Shown here piece after piece: positions 31,460-40,326 of a stretch of 64,000 nt of DNA; the first letter of the stretch is position 1, and each line of letters opens with the position of its first letter. This DNA is from Sedimentisphaerales bacterium (GTDB lineage Bacteria; Planctomycetota; Phycisphaerae; Sedimentisphaerales; Anaerobacaceae): assembly GCA_963708075.1 (NCBI GenBank), contig OY970194.1:352001-416000 (forward strand). The letters are read 5' to 3'. The notes beneath the pieces were generated by a model. The model was not told the origin of the DNA, searched no databases, and saw only the letters and a program-made list of their open reading frames with translations. The translations under genes were made by a program, and so were the position numbers.

Positions 31460-32691
31460 ATGCACATAGGGAAGGCGAACAACAGGGATAGAACAACACC
31501 GAGCCTGCTGAGTGAAGCCTGCTTACGCAAGCGTAAGCATGGCACCCGGTTCGTGGTCGTTGGCGTTTGTCTGGCGGCACTCCTGCTCTGCATCGCGGGT
31601 TGCGCCACCCACACGAAAGCGGCGTTGACCGAGGAGGAGATTCGGCAAAAGACGCTTGCCTATAGGGTGGAGCGGCCGGATGTGCTGCTCGTCAGTGGCG
31701 AGAGGGTGACATTTGACGACGTGCTGAGCCCGTCGCCCGAGGATGACGCGTCCTCGCCGACGCTGAAGGACAAGCTCATCGAAATGGCCAGGCAGGTGCC
31801 TTTGGAGTCGTTCATGAGGGAGGTCCGGCCTGTCATTCACCAGAGGCTCAACAATAATATCGCCAATATTGTGCTCTACAAGCGGGCCAGGAAGGAACTT
31901 GGCGCGAAGACCGATGAGCAATTGGATCAGATGATGGAGATGGAGCTGAGGAAATTCACCATTGAGCACGGGGGCACCGGGGTGGCGACCGACGCGGCCC
32001 TGCAGGAAATGGGCATGAGCCGTGACCGCTTCAAGGAATACAAGAAGAAGCAGCTCCTCAGCCGGTACTATGTCCTCTCAAAGTTCCCGTACAACCGGCC
32101 GATTACCCATCGCGAGCTCGTCGAGTACTACGACAAGATGAAGGCGGAAAGCTTCTTCCAGCCCGCGGCCATCCAGTTCCGGCTCATCGATATCCAGATC
32201 ACGAAAATGCCGCTCTCTGATGCGAATGACGACCCGATCCTGGCAGCTCGGACCCTGGCGAAGAGCGTGATGGAGCGAGCCAACGCGGGAGAAGATTTCG
32301 GCGAGTTGGCGAAGAAGTGCTCGCATGAGCCCAGGGCGCCTCCGGCGGATTGTGGCCGGAGATGGATCCGGATGCGCTGGCCGCGCCGTACGATGTGCTG
32401 GGCGAGAAAGCAAAGGAGATGAAGCCGGGCGAGGTCGCTGGCCCTATCGAGGCGCTCGATCACATGTTCATCATGAAGCTGGAGAAGAAACAGGAGGAAG
32501 GCTATCGGCCTTTGACCGAGGTCCAGGCTGAAGTGGAGGAGCAGATCATGACCGATCGCCGCAGCGAAGCTTCGAACCAGCTCAAAGAGGAGATCAAGCA
32601 GTTGACTGCCGCCGGGAATACGGACCGTTTCGTTGAATATTGCCTGCAAGACTTGTACCGTCAGGCCAACACGCCGGCTCAGGCCCGGTAG
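31460..32691 (+). CDS. PpiC/SurA-type peptidyl-prolyl isomerase lipoprotein; apparent frameshift at ~32338
   Basis: Lipobox IAG-C; GEDFGELAKKCS; shifted frame continues SGGLW...MKPGEVAGPIE. Confidence 0.8.
31520..31547. repeat. Single REP-like unit (GGGTGCCATG family) inside the PPIase 5' coding region
   Basis: TGCTTACGCAAGCGTAAGCATGGCACCC is the reverse complement of the unit at 45374-45401. Confidence 0.8.
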
Positions 32692-32695
32692 TACC

Positions 32696-33094
32696 ATGGA
32701 AATTATCGCTCACGGCATAGATCTGGTGGATTTCCCCCGCATCGCGGATATGGTCGAGCGGCACGGGGACCGGTTCGTCAACCGCGTCTTCACCGCCGCC
32801 GAGCAGGGGTACGCACGCTCGAATCGCAACACGGTCGAGAAATACGCCGGCCGCTTCGCTGCCAAGGAGGCTATCCTCAAGCTCCTGGGCACCGGGTGGC
32901 GGGGCAAGATCGCCTGGACGGACATCGAGGTGACGAACAATGCTGCCGGCCGGCCCGATGTGACGTTGTCCGGAGAAGTGAAGGTGATCGCCGACCGCAT
33001 GGGGATCGAGCACATCAGCATCAGCATTACGCACACGGCCAATTTCGCGATTGCCTCGGCTGTCGCACTGACTGCATCACATGAGGATAAATGA
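32696..33094 (+). CDS. acpS: Holo-[acyl-carrier-protein] synthase
   Basis: HGIDLV, AGRFAAKEA, ISITH. Confidence 0.95.
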   Translation: MEIIAHGIDLVDFPRIADMVERHGDRFVNRVFTAAEQGYARSNRNTVEKYAGRFAAKEAILKLLGTGWRGKIAWTDIEVTNNAAGRPDVTLSGEVKVIADRMGIEHISISITHTANFAIASAVALTASHEDK

Positions 33095-34928
33095 CTTTGA
33101 TTGTATCGTCATAGGAGGTGGGCACGCCGGCATTGAGGCGGCACATGCGGCCGCGACGATCGGGGCCCGAACCTGCCTGCTCACGCTGAGCAAGGCCACC
33201 ATCGGCAAGATGAGCTGCAACCCAGCCGTCGGCGGTCTCGGCAAGGGGCAGATCGCCCGCGAGGTCGACGCCCTCGGCGGCCTGATGGGCCTGGCGACGG
33301 ACGCGACCGGCATCCAGTTCCGCCTGCTCAACCGCTCGAAAGGCCCGGCCGTCCGCGCCCCGCGGGCCCAGACGGATAAGTACAAGTACCAGGATTTCAT
33401 GCGGCAGTGCCTCGAAGGGACACCCAACCTGACAATCGTCGAGGCGATGGCTTCTGAGGTACTGACACAGGGCTTGCAGGTCTGCGGCGTCCGATGCGCC
33501 GACGGCAGGACTCTCTCCGCCGCGACGGTGATTCTCACGACGGGCACGTTCCTTCGCGGTCTGATGCACGTCGGCACGGAACAGTCTCCGGGCGGCCGGC
33601 TGGGGGAACCGGCGGCGAACGAGCTGTCGGAGAGTCTCGAACGGATCGGACTGGAGGTGGGACGGCTCAAGACCGGCACGCCGGTCCGCCTCGACGCATC
33701 CACGGTCGATCTGGACAAGTTGGAAATCCAGCATGGCGACCCGGACCCCATGCCGTTCTCGTTTCTGACCGACAGGATTGACCGGTCCCAGACGCCGTGC
33801 TGGATCACGTACACGAATCAAGCTATCCACCAGCTTATTCGCGACAACCTGAGCCGTGCGCCGCTCTACACCGGCCAGATCAAGTCCATCGGCCCGCGGT
33901 ATTGCCCAAGTATCGAGACAAAGATCATCCGCTTTGCCGACAAGGACCGCCACCAGGTGTTCCTGGAACCGGAGGACGAGGCCCGCACGACCATCTACTG
34001 CAACGGGATCAGCACGTCGCTGCCGAAGGACGTGCAGGAGCAGATGCTCAAGCTCATGCCGGGCACGGAGCACGCCCGCATAGTGCATTATGCCTACGCG
34101 ATCGAATACGATTACTGTCCCCCGGTGCAACTGCAGCCGAGCCTGGAGACAAGACGGATTGCCGGACTGTTCCTGGCCGGACAGATCAACGGCACCAGCG
34201 GCTACGAGGAGGCGGCCGGCCAGGGCATCATCGCCGGGATCAACGCCGCCCGCAAGCTCCAGGGCAAAGAGCCTCTGGTATTGGGCCGCGACCAGGCATA
34301 CATCGGCGTCCTCATCGACGACCTGCTCACCCGGGGAATCGACGAGCCGTACCGCATGTTCACCTCTCGCGCGGAGCATCGGCTGACTCTTCGTTCGGAC
34401 AACGCCGACAGAAGACTGACCGCCATCGGCCGGGCCGTCGGGCTTGTCGATCAGAACCGCTACGACAAATTCCAAAGCAAGCTTGATGCCACAGAAAGCC
34501 TCAAACAGTACCTGCAGGGCACGCGTCCGGGCGGCATAAGTCTGTGGGACCTCCTGCGCCGACCCGACAGCGACATGCCTGAGAAATTGTTCGAGCTACC
34601 CGAAGTCAAGTCGGGTGGATATGGGCCGGACGTGTTGGAAGCCGTGATCGTCGATGCAAAATATGAAGGCTATCTGGCCAAGCAGGAGCGGCTCATCGCC
34701 CAACAGCGCAGCCTCGACAGCAAGGAGATTCCGGCGGACTTGGACTACACAACGATAGAGCACCTGCGGGTGGAGGCGAAGGAGAAACTCACGGCGTTCA
34801 AACCCGCCACGCTCGGCCACACCTCGCGCATCAGCGGCATCACCCCGGCCGATGTCACGGTGATCCAGATTCACCTGAGGAGATACTTTGGCGAGAAGTG
34901 TCGCCGCGAGGGGGAAACTGACGCATAG
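33081..34928 (+). CDS. mnmG: tRNA uridine-5-carboxymethylaminomethyl synthesis enzyme MnmG (GidA)
   Basis: [43 protein letters not shown]. Confidence 0.97.
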   Translation: MRINDFDCIVIGGGHAGIEAAHAAATIGARTCLLTLSKATIGKMSCNPAVGGLGKGQIAREVDALGGLMGLATDATGIQFRLLNRSKGPAVRAPRAQTDKYKYQDFMRQCLEGTPNLTIVEAMASEVLTQGLQVCGVRCADGRTLSAATVILTTGTFLRGLMHVGTEQSPGGRLGEPAANELSESLERIGLEVGRLKTGTPVRLDASTVDLDKLEIQHGDPDPMPFSFLTDRIDRSQTPCWITYTNQAIHQLIRDNLSRAPLYTGQIKSIGPRYCPSIETKIIRFADKDRHQVFLEPEDEARTTIYCNGISTSLPKDVQEQMLKLMPGTEHARIVHYAYAIEYDYCPPVQLQPSLETRRIAGLFLAGQINGTSGYEEAAGQGIIAGINAARKLQGKEPLVLGRDQAYIGVLIDDLLTRGIDEPYRMFTSRAEHRLTLRSDNADRRLTAIGRAVGLVDQNRYDKFQSKLDATESLKQYLQGTRPGGISLWDLLRRPDSDMPEKLFELPEVKSGGYGPDVLEAVIVDAKYEGYLAKQERLIAQQRSLDSKEIPADLDYTTIEHLRVEAKEKLTAFKPATLGHTSRISGITPADVTVIQIHLRRYFGEKCRREGETDA

Positions 34929-34932
34929 GACC

Positions 34933-35952
34933 ATGCTGCAACTCTCGGATAACATCTACAATCGCAGCGTAGCTCGTGATGAGCCGAAGTTCAAGCTCTG
35001 GCGATCAGCGGGGCTGCTGCTGACCTACAAGTGCAACGCGGCGTGCGAGTTCTGCTATTACAACTGCTCGCCCCAGAAGGGCGGGCTGATGCCTGTAGAA
35101 ACCTGTATCGCCGCGTGGAGGTCGCTCAAGACACTCGCCGGCGATCAGGCCAAAATCCATCTGACCGGCGGGGAGGTGTCTCTCTACTGGGATCATGTCG
35201 TCAGACTCCTGTCCGAGGCAAAGAATCAGGACCTCGGCCCCGTCGATATGATCGAGACCAATGGTTTCTGGGCAGGGAACGACCATCTTGTGGCGGATCG
35301 TCTCAATACACTGATCGAACTGGGCGTACAGCGGCTGAAGATCAGCGTCGATCCGTTCCATCAGGAGTACGTGGACATCGTGCCGGTGCGTCGGCTGGCC
35401 CAAAAGGCCGGGGAAATGCTTGGGTCGGACCGTGTCCTGGTTCGTTGGGAGAAATACCTTACCGAGTGCGGAATGCGGAGTGCGGAATGCGGAGTGCAGG
35501 AGCGGGACAGAGCATATATCCAGGCGTATCACGACTACCCGTTCCGTTTCACCGGCCGGGCGGCGGGGCAGGTGGCCGATCTACTGGCCTCGCAACCGGC
35601 TCAGGCCTTTGCCGACGACAATTGTCTGACGGGTTTCCTCGGCGCCAAGGGCGTTCACATCGATCCATACGGCAACATCTTCAGCGGCACGTGCAGCGGG
35701 ATCGTTCTCGGTAATGTCAATGAGAAACCACTGGAGGAAATCTGGAAGCAGTTTCACCCGGCACAGAACGCGTTCATTCGGACCCTTTGCGAAAGGGGCC
35801 CGTACGGACTGCTTGAGCAGGCCAAGACGCTCGGCTACGAGGCATTGCCCGCCTACGCGAGTAAATGCCACCTCTGCACGCACATCCGCCGATTTCTGTT
35901 TGCGAAGCACGAGGTCCTATCGACTCTCGGCCCCGCCGACTGCTATACGTAA
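34933..35952 (+). CDS. Radical SAM protein with SPASM/twitch-like C-terminal Cys cluster
   Basis: [20 protein letters not shown]. Confidence 0.88.
   Translation: MLQLSDNIYNRSVARDEPKFKLWRSAGLLLTYKCNAACEFCYYNCSPQKGGLMPVETCIAAWRSLKTLAGDQAKIHLTGGEVSLYWDHVVRLLSEAKNQDLGPVDMIETNGFWAGNDHLVADRLNTLIELGVQRLKISVDPFHQEYVDIVPVRRLAQKAGEMLGSDRVLVRWEKYLTECGMRSAECGVQERDRAYIQAYHDYPFRFTGRAAGQVADLLASQPAQAFADDNCLTGFLGAKGVHIDPYGNIFSGTCSGIVLGNVNEKPLEEIWKQFHPAQNAFIRTLCERGPYGLLEQAKTLGYEALPAYASKCHLCTHIRRFLFAKHEVLSTLGPADCYT
35464..35498 (+). repeat. Five GA(G/A)TGCG heptamers inside the radical SAM CDS
   Basis: GAGTGCG GAATGCG GAGTGCG GAATGCG GAGTGCA, translated [12 protein letters not shown]. Confidence 0.85.
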
Positions 35953-36060
35953 CTGACAGGCTGAGATATCGTGAGCGGGTCCGGGCAGAAGGTGTGCCGC
36001 GGCTTGCATCCTGCCGCCAAAAAATTCTGAGAAATCTGCAAGATTGTGATTGACTCTACG

Positions 36061-36101
36061 TGTTACAAATGTAACATTAGAGTTATGTTACAAGTGTAAC
36101 A
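36061..36101. promoter_or_regulatory. Two BlaI/CopY operator palindromes overlapping the promoter
   Basis: TGTTACAAATGTAACA and TGTTACAAGTGTAACA (TACA-nn-TGTA); TTGACT -35 at 36050. Confidence 0.85.
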
Positions 36102-36119
36102 GTAGATAAGGAGCCAGCA

Positions 36120-36518
36120 ATGAGAAAGGTACCTCGAATTTCGGAGTCGGAGTGGGAGGTCATGAAAGTCCTGTGGGAGAGCTCGCCTTTGACGGCCAAT
36201 GACATCGTGGAGGTCTTGTCCAAGCGGGCATCCTGGCAGCGGGAGACGATCCGGACCCTGATCAACCGGCTCGTGCAGAAAAAGGCGGTGCGCTTCGAGA
36301 AGAAGGGGCGCCAACATCATTACTATCCGGCGGTGGTGGAAACCGAATGCATCAAGGCCCAGACCCGCTCCTTTCTCCGGCGGTTTCGGGCCGGCGCGAT
36401 CGAGCCGATGCTGGCGGCGTTGGTCGAGGAGGAGCGGCTGTCCGCCGAGCAGATTGCCCGTCTCAAAGAGATACTCGATGGGAAAGACGCGAGTGGAAAG
36501 CGTCGCAAGCCGCAGTGA
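36120..36518 (+). CDS. BlaI/MecI/CopY family repressor, copy 1
   Basis: ISESEWEVMKVLW, TIRTLINRLVQK. Confidence 0.95.
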   Translation: MRKVPRISESEWEVMKVLWESSPLTANDIVEVLSKRASWQRETIRTLINRLVQKKAVRFEKKGRQHHYYPAVVETECIKAQTRSFLRRFRAGAIEPMLAALVEEERLSAEQIARLKEILDGKDASGKRRKPQ

Positions 36519-36544
36519 CATGTTCCGTGTCGAAAGGGGAGCCT

Positions 36545-39511
36545 GTGGAATCGCTTGATACGAATCTCAACGTATTGTTTCAGTGGCTGCTGCGAGCCAC
36601 CGTTCAAGGCAGTCTGCTGGCCTGTTTGATTCTCGCGATCAAGCTCGTGCTGCGGGAGAGGCTGCCGGCTCGCTGGCACTATTGTCTCTGGCTGGTCCTG
36701 CTCGTGCGTCTGTCCCTGCCCTGGGCGCCCCAGAGTCACCTGAGCATCTACAACTTGATCCCGCGGTTGCTTCCGTCCCACCATGCGATCCCGGTCCCAA
36801 CCGACGGTGCGCGGTCGGATATTATGGGTGGGAAGCCGGGCACTTTGGGACAGGAGGGGACCACAGGGCTTGCATTGTCCGGTGCGCAAGGCGAAGCACC
36901 GCAGCGAGGGCGAGGCGGGGTTGCGGTCTCCGCCCCGCCGGCCGCCGCGTTGCCGCAAAGCGACATCGCGTCCGATGTGGGCCGTCGTTCGTTTGCTGAG
37001 TCTGCGGCCGGCGTTGTGCCATGGCTGTGGCTCTGCGGCTGTCTGGCGTTGGGCGGGTACATCTTCGTCAGGGCTTTCAGCCTGTGGCGAGCTGTCGCGT
37101 CCGAGCGGCCGGTGACCGATCAGCAGATCCTTGATCTTCTGGAGGACTGCAAGATGCAGATGCGCATCCGGACCCTGGTGGGCGTGGTCGTCACCGACAA
37201 GGTCCGGACGCCGGCCCTTTACGGCTTCCTCCGTCCGCGCATCCTGCTGCCGCAGGGCCTGATCGAAACCCTGGGCCTCGACGAGCTGCACTACGTTTTC
37301 CTTCATGAGCTTGCGCACCTCAAGCGGCGGGACATTTATCTGGCGTGGCTGGTTTGTCTGCTCCAGGTGCTCCACTGGTTCAATCCGCTCATTTGGCTAG
37401 CGTTTCGCCGGATGCGGGCCGACCAGGAGATGGCTGCCGATGCCCTGGCTCTCTCGGCTGCCGGGACCGAAGAATCCCGCCGCTACGGCCAAACGATCCT
37501 CAGTCTTCTCGAACGTTTCTCCCAGCCCCAGTATTTGCCCTCTCTGGCCGGGATCTTAGAAAACCCCTCTCATATCGAAAGGAGAATCCAAATGATTGCC
37601 AGATTCAAGGGAACCACACGTAGACCGTTGCCGGCCATGGTGCTCCTGGCCGTTCTGGGGCTGATCACGTTGACCGAGGCACAGAACACGTCGCAAGGCG
37701 GCAAGCCCGCGTCCCAGCCGGAGGAGAATACAGGCTTCGCGCCGGACAGGAATGCGCCTGTCGCGCCGCAGGCGACCGGTGTGTCTGCCACCGAAACGGC
37801 CTCTCTCGGCGGGGGACTCGTCGCACGCCGGGTTCTCGCAGACGCCTCCGGCGTCAGCGGGGTCTTGACCCCGGATGGCAAATACATCAGCAGCATGGAC
37901 AAGACCACGGGTGACATGGTCCAGTTCGAAGTTGCCAGCGGCCAGACGAGCCGAATCACAAACAGGGGGCCCGCTCCCGAGAAGGGGGATGTCTACGAGT
38001 TGCCAGTGTACTCACGCGACGGAAAACAAATCGCGTACTGCTCGTATACGAAGGAGAATGACTGGGGCCCTCAACTGCGGATTAGAAACCTGGATGGTTC
38101 GGGCCTTCGCACACTCTACAGTGAGAAAGGCGTGGCTAACATTATGCCAATGGACTGGTCGCCTGACGCGGGGTCCATCCTCGCACAATGCAGTCGTAAC
38201 AAGACTCCCGCGGTCCGCGCGATGGAACTAACGCTGATCTCGACAGGAGACGGCTCGGTACGCGTCCTGAAGAGTATTCAAGCGCCCATGTTCTGGTCTC
38301 AAAGGGCCAGTTTCTCGCCCGATGGGCAATATGTCGCGTTCAGTTTTGTGCGTGAGGGCAGCCCGCCCCATGGCGAAGTTTTCTTGATGACCGCCGATGG
38401 CCGCAATGAGGTCGTTGTTGCCGGGCACCCCGCGGAGGATAGACTGCTTGCATGGACACCGGACGGGAGAAGCCTTATCTTCCTCAGCGACCGCTCGGGG
38501 ACATGGGACCTCTGGACCGTCGCCATCACCGGGGGCAAGCAGCACGGAGAACCAGAACTGCTGAAAAAGGACTTCGGCGATAAGAACTTCGTCCTTAATG
38601 CAGAGGTTCTTGGCTTTGCACCTGGCGGCTCCTTTTATTACAAGACTCAAACCTCTTCAGGTCGTCTCTACACGGGTGAGGTCGACCTTGAAACCGGTAA
38701 GGTACTCTCGCCACCCGCGCCGGTCGCGACGCGTTATACCGGCCTACCGGCACAGCCAACATGGTCACCCGACGGCAGGAACTTGCTCTACATTTCAGGT
38801 TGGGGAAACAGCGGTCCCGCCATCCTCACAATCCGGTCCGCCGCAACCGGGGAAGAGCGCTTTCTGTCGCGTCGTCTTCGTTTCGTTAACCAGATCTCCT
38901 GGGCGCCGGACGGCCGTTCCATCATCGCGCTCGGGACTACCGAGAAGGAAACTGGAATCTTCCGAATTGACGCTGAAACAGGCGAGATCACCAGGTTGGC
39001 AGATGCACACCTGTGGCCCAAGCTCTGTCCGGATGGGAAGACCTTGGTGTTCGCGACGGATGGGCCAATCATCAGGAAACGGAACCTCGACACCGGTGAG
39101 GAGTCGGAAGTTGCCAAGGTAGGGGCAATGTCCTATGACCTCTCGCCGGACGGCCGGGAAGTAGTGTTCCAGGTGGACGATGCTGTAAAAACCGTGTCCC
39201 TCAACGGAGGGGAGCCGCGGGAACTGTTTCGCGGTTTGGCGCAGCGGTACGCCGGGCTGAGTTGGACGAGGGAGGGCCGTTACATCATTGCCCGGGCACC
39301 CGCGAGTGGTGAAATCTGGCGGGTTCCGGCGCAGGGCGGGACGCCGCTGAAGCTGGACCTCTCCGTTCCAAAAATGTTGTCCTTCGCCGCGCTTGCGCTT
39401 CACCCGGACAACCGCCGCTTTGCGTTCAGCGTCAATGAGGGGTCCAAGAGCGAGCTGTGGGTGCTGGAAAACTTCCTGCCGGCGGGCATGGGTGCGAAGG
39501 ACTCGAAATAG
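36545..39511 (+). CDS. BlaR1-type peptidase M56 sensor with TolB/PD40 beta-propeller C-terminus, copy 1
   Basis: GTG after AAAGGGGA; PALYGFLRPRILLP, HELAHLKRRD, HWFNP, QEMAADA; many (W/F)SPDG repeats. Confidence 0.92.
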   Translation: MESLDTNLNVLFQWLLRATVQGSLLACLILAIKLVLRERLPARWHYCLWLVLLVRLSLPWAPQSHLSIYNLIPRLLPSHHAIPVPTDGARSDIMGGKPGTLGQEGTTGLALSGAQGEAPQRGRGGVAVSAPPAAALPQSDIASDVGRRSFAESAAGVVPWLWLCGCLALGGYIFVRAFSLWRAVASERPVTDQQILDLLEDCKMQMRIRTLVGVVVTDKVRTPALYGFLRPRILLPQGLIETLGLDELHYVFLHELAHLKRRDIYLAWLVCLLQVLHWFNPLIWLAFRRMRADQEMAADALALSAAGTEESRRYGQTILSLLERFSQPQYLPSLAGILENPSHIERRIQMIARFKGTTRRPLPAMVLLAVLGLITLTEAQNTSQGGKPASQPEENTGFAPDRNAPVAPQATGVSATETASLGGGLVARRVLADASGVSGVLTPDGKYISSMDKTTGDMVQFEVASGQTSRITNRGPAPEKGDVYELPVYSRDGKQIAYCSYTKENDWGPQLRIRNLDGSGLRTLYSEKGVANIMPMDWSPDAGSILAQCSRNKTPAVRAMELTLISTGDGSVRVLKSIQAPMFWSQRASFSPDGQYVAFSFVREGSPPHGEVFLMTADGRNEVVVAGHPAEDRLLAWTPDGRSLIFLSDRSGTWDLWTVAITGGKQHGEPELLKKDFGDKNFVLNAEVLGFAPGGSFYYKTQTSSGRLYTGEVDLETGKVLSPPAPVATRYTGLPAQPTWSPDGRNLLYISGWGNSGPAILTIRSAATGEERFLSRRLRFVNQISWAPDGRSIIALGTTEKETGIFRIDAETGEITRLADAHLWPKLCPDGKTLVFATDGPIIRKRNLDTGEESEVAKVGAMSYDLSPDGREVVFQVDDAVKTVSLNGGEPRELFRGLAQRYAGLSWTREGRYIIARAPASGEIWRVPAQGGTPLKLDLSVPKMLSFAALALHPDNRRFAFSVNEGSKSELWVLENFLPAGMGAKDSK

Positions 39512-39687
39512 TCGATGTGCCGGCGAACTCGAAGCGGGCGGCATCCAACTCTCCGAGGGTGCTGGGTGCAGGCAGCGCTGCCGCCGTCACCGAGTCTCGG
39601 TTCGCTTGATTCAGGACAGGTACTTCGCCAGGAACGTTGTCATATACCGATTACGCATGAGTCTTTCGTAACGTATCATCAAGCTTT

Positions 39688-39768
39688 GGGTGGCAGCGAC
39701 AAGCGCACGCTTGCCGATGGTTTGCCCATCCGCCATCGGCAAAGCCTTCGGCCTTGCCGCTGCCACCC
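39688..39768. repeat. REP-like doublet, GGGTGGCAGC family, copy 2
   Basis: GGGTGGCAGCGACAAGC ... CTTGCCGCTGCCACCC. Confidence 0.8.
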
Positions 39769-39880
39769 GGAGATACGAAATACTCAGCCGTAATCGGTAT
39801 TACTCACGCCCCCAAATCCTCGATTTCACCACGAGAATGCAGATCTTGCCGTGACTCGCAAAAAATTCCCGATTTTTCCG

Positions 39881-39932
39881 TTGACCACATGACTACAAGT
39901 GTAATATGCTCGCTATGACTACTATTGTAATC
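39881..39932. promoter_or_regulatory. Promoter with two BlaI-type operators
   Basis: TTGACC -35; ACTACAAGTGTAAT and GACTACTATTGTAATC. Confidence 0.8.
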
Positions 39933-39946
39933 AAAGGAGAACCACG

Positions 39947-40324
39947 ATGAAGAAGATGCCGAGGATTGCGGAATCGGAATGGAGAGTCATGCAGGTGCTG
40001 TGGGAGCACGGACCCCAGACCGCCAATGAGGTGATCCATGCGCTGTCCGGGGAGGTGAAATGGAAATCGAGGACGATCAAGACGCTGATCAGCAGGCTCG
40101 TGAGAAAGGGCGCCGTCAGATTCCGAGAGGAAGGGAACAAGTACAGGTACTTTCCTGCGGTCAAGGAGTCTGAGTGCATTCGTTCGGAGACGCAGTCCTT
40201 CGTCCATCGCGTGTACCAGGGGGCGATGAAGCCGGCGCTCGCGGCCTTCCTGGAAGACGTGGACTTGTCCCCCCGGGAGATCGATGAACTGCAGAAGATC
40301 CTTGACCAAAAGAGAAAGGGATAA
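39947..40324 (+). CDS. BlaI/MecI/CopY family repressor, copy 2
   Basis: IAESEWRVMQVLW, TIKTLISRLVRKG. Confidence 0.95.
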   Translation: MKKMPRIAESEWRVMQVLWEHGPQTANEVIHALSGEVKWKSRTIKTLISRLVRKGAVRFREEGNKYRYFPAVKESECIRSETQSFVHRVYQGAMKPALAAFLEDVDLSPREIDELQKILDQKRKG

Positions 40325-40326
40325 CG

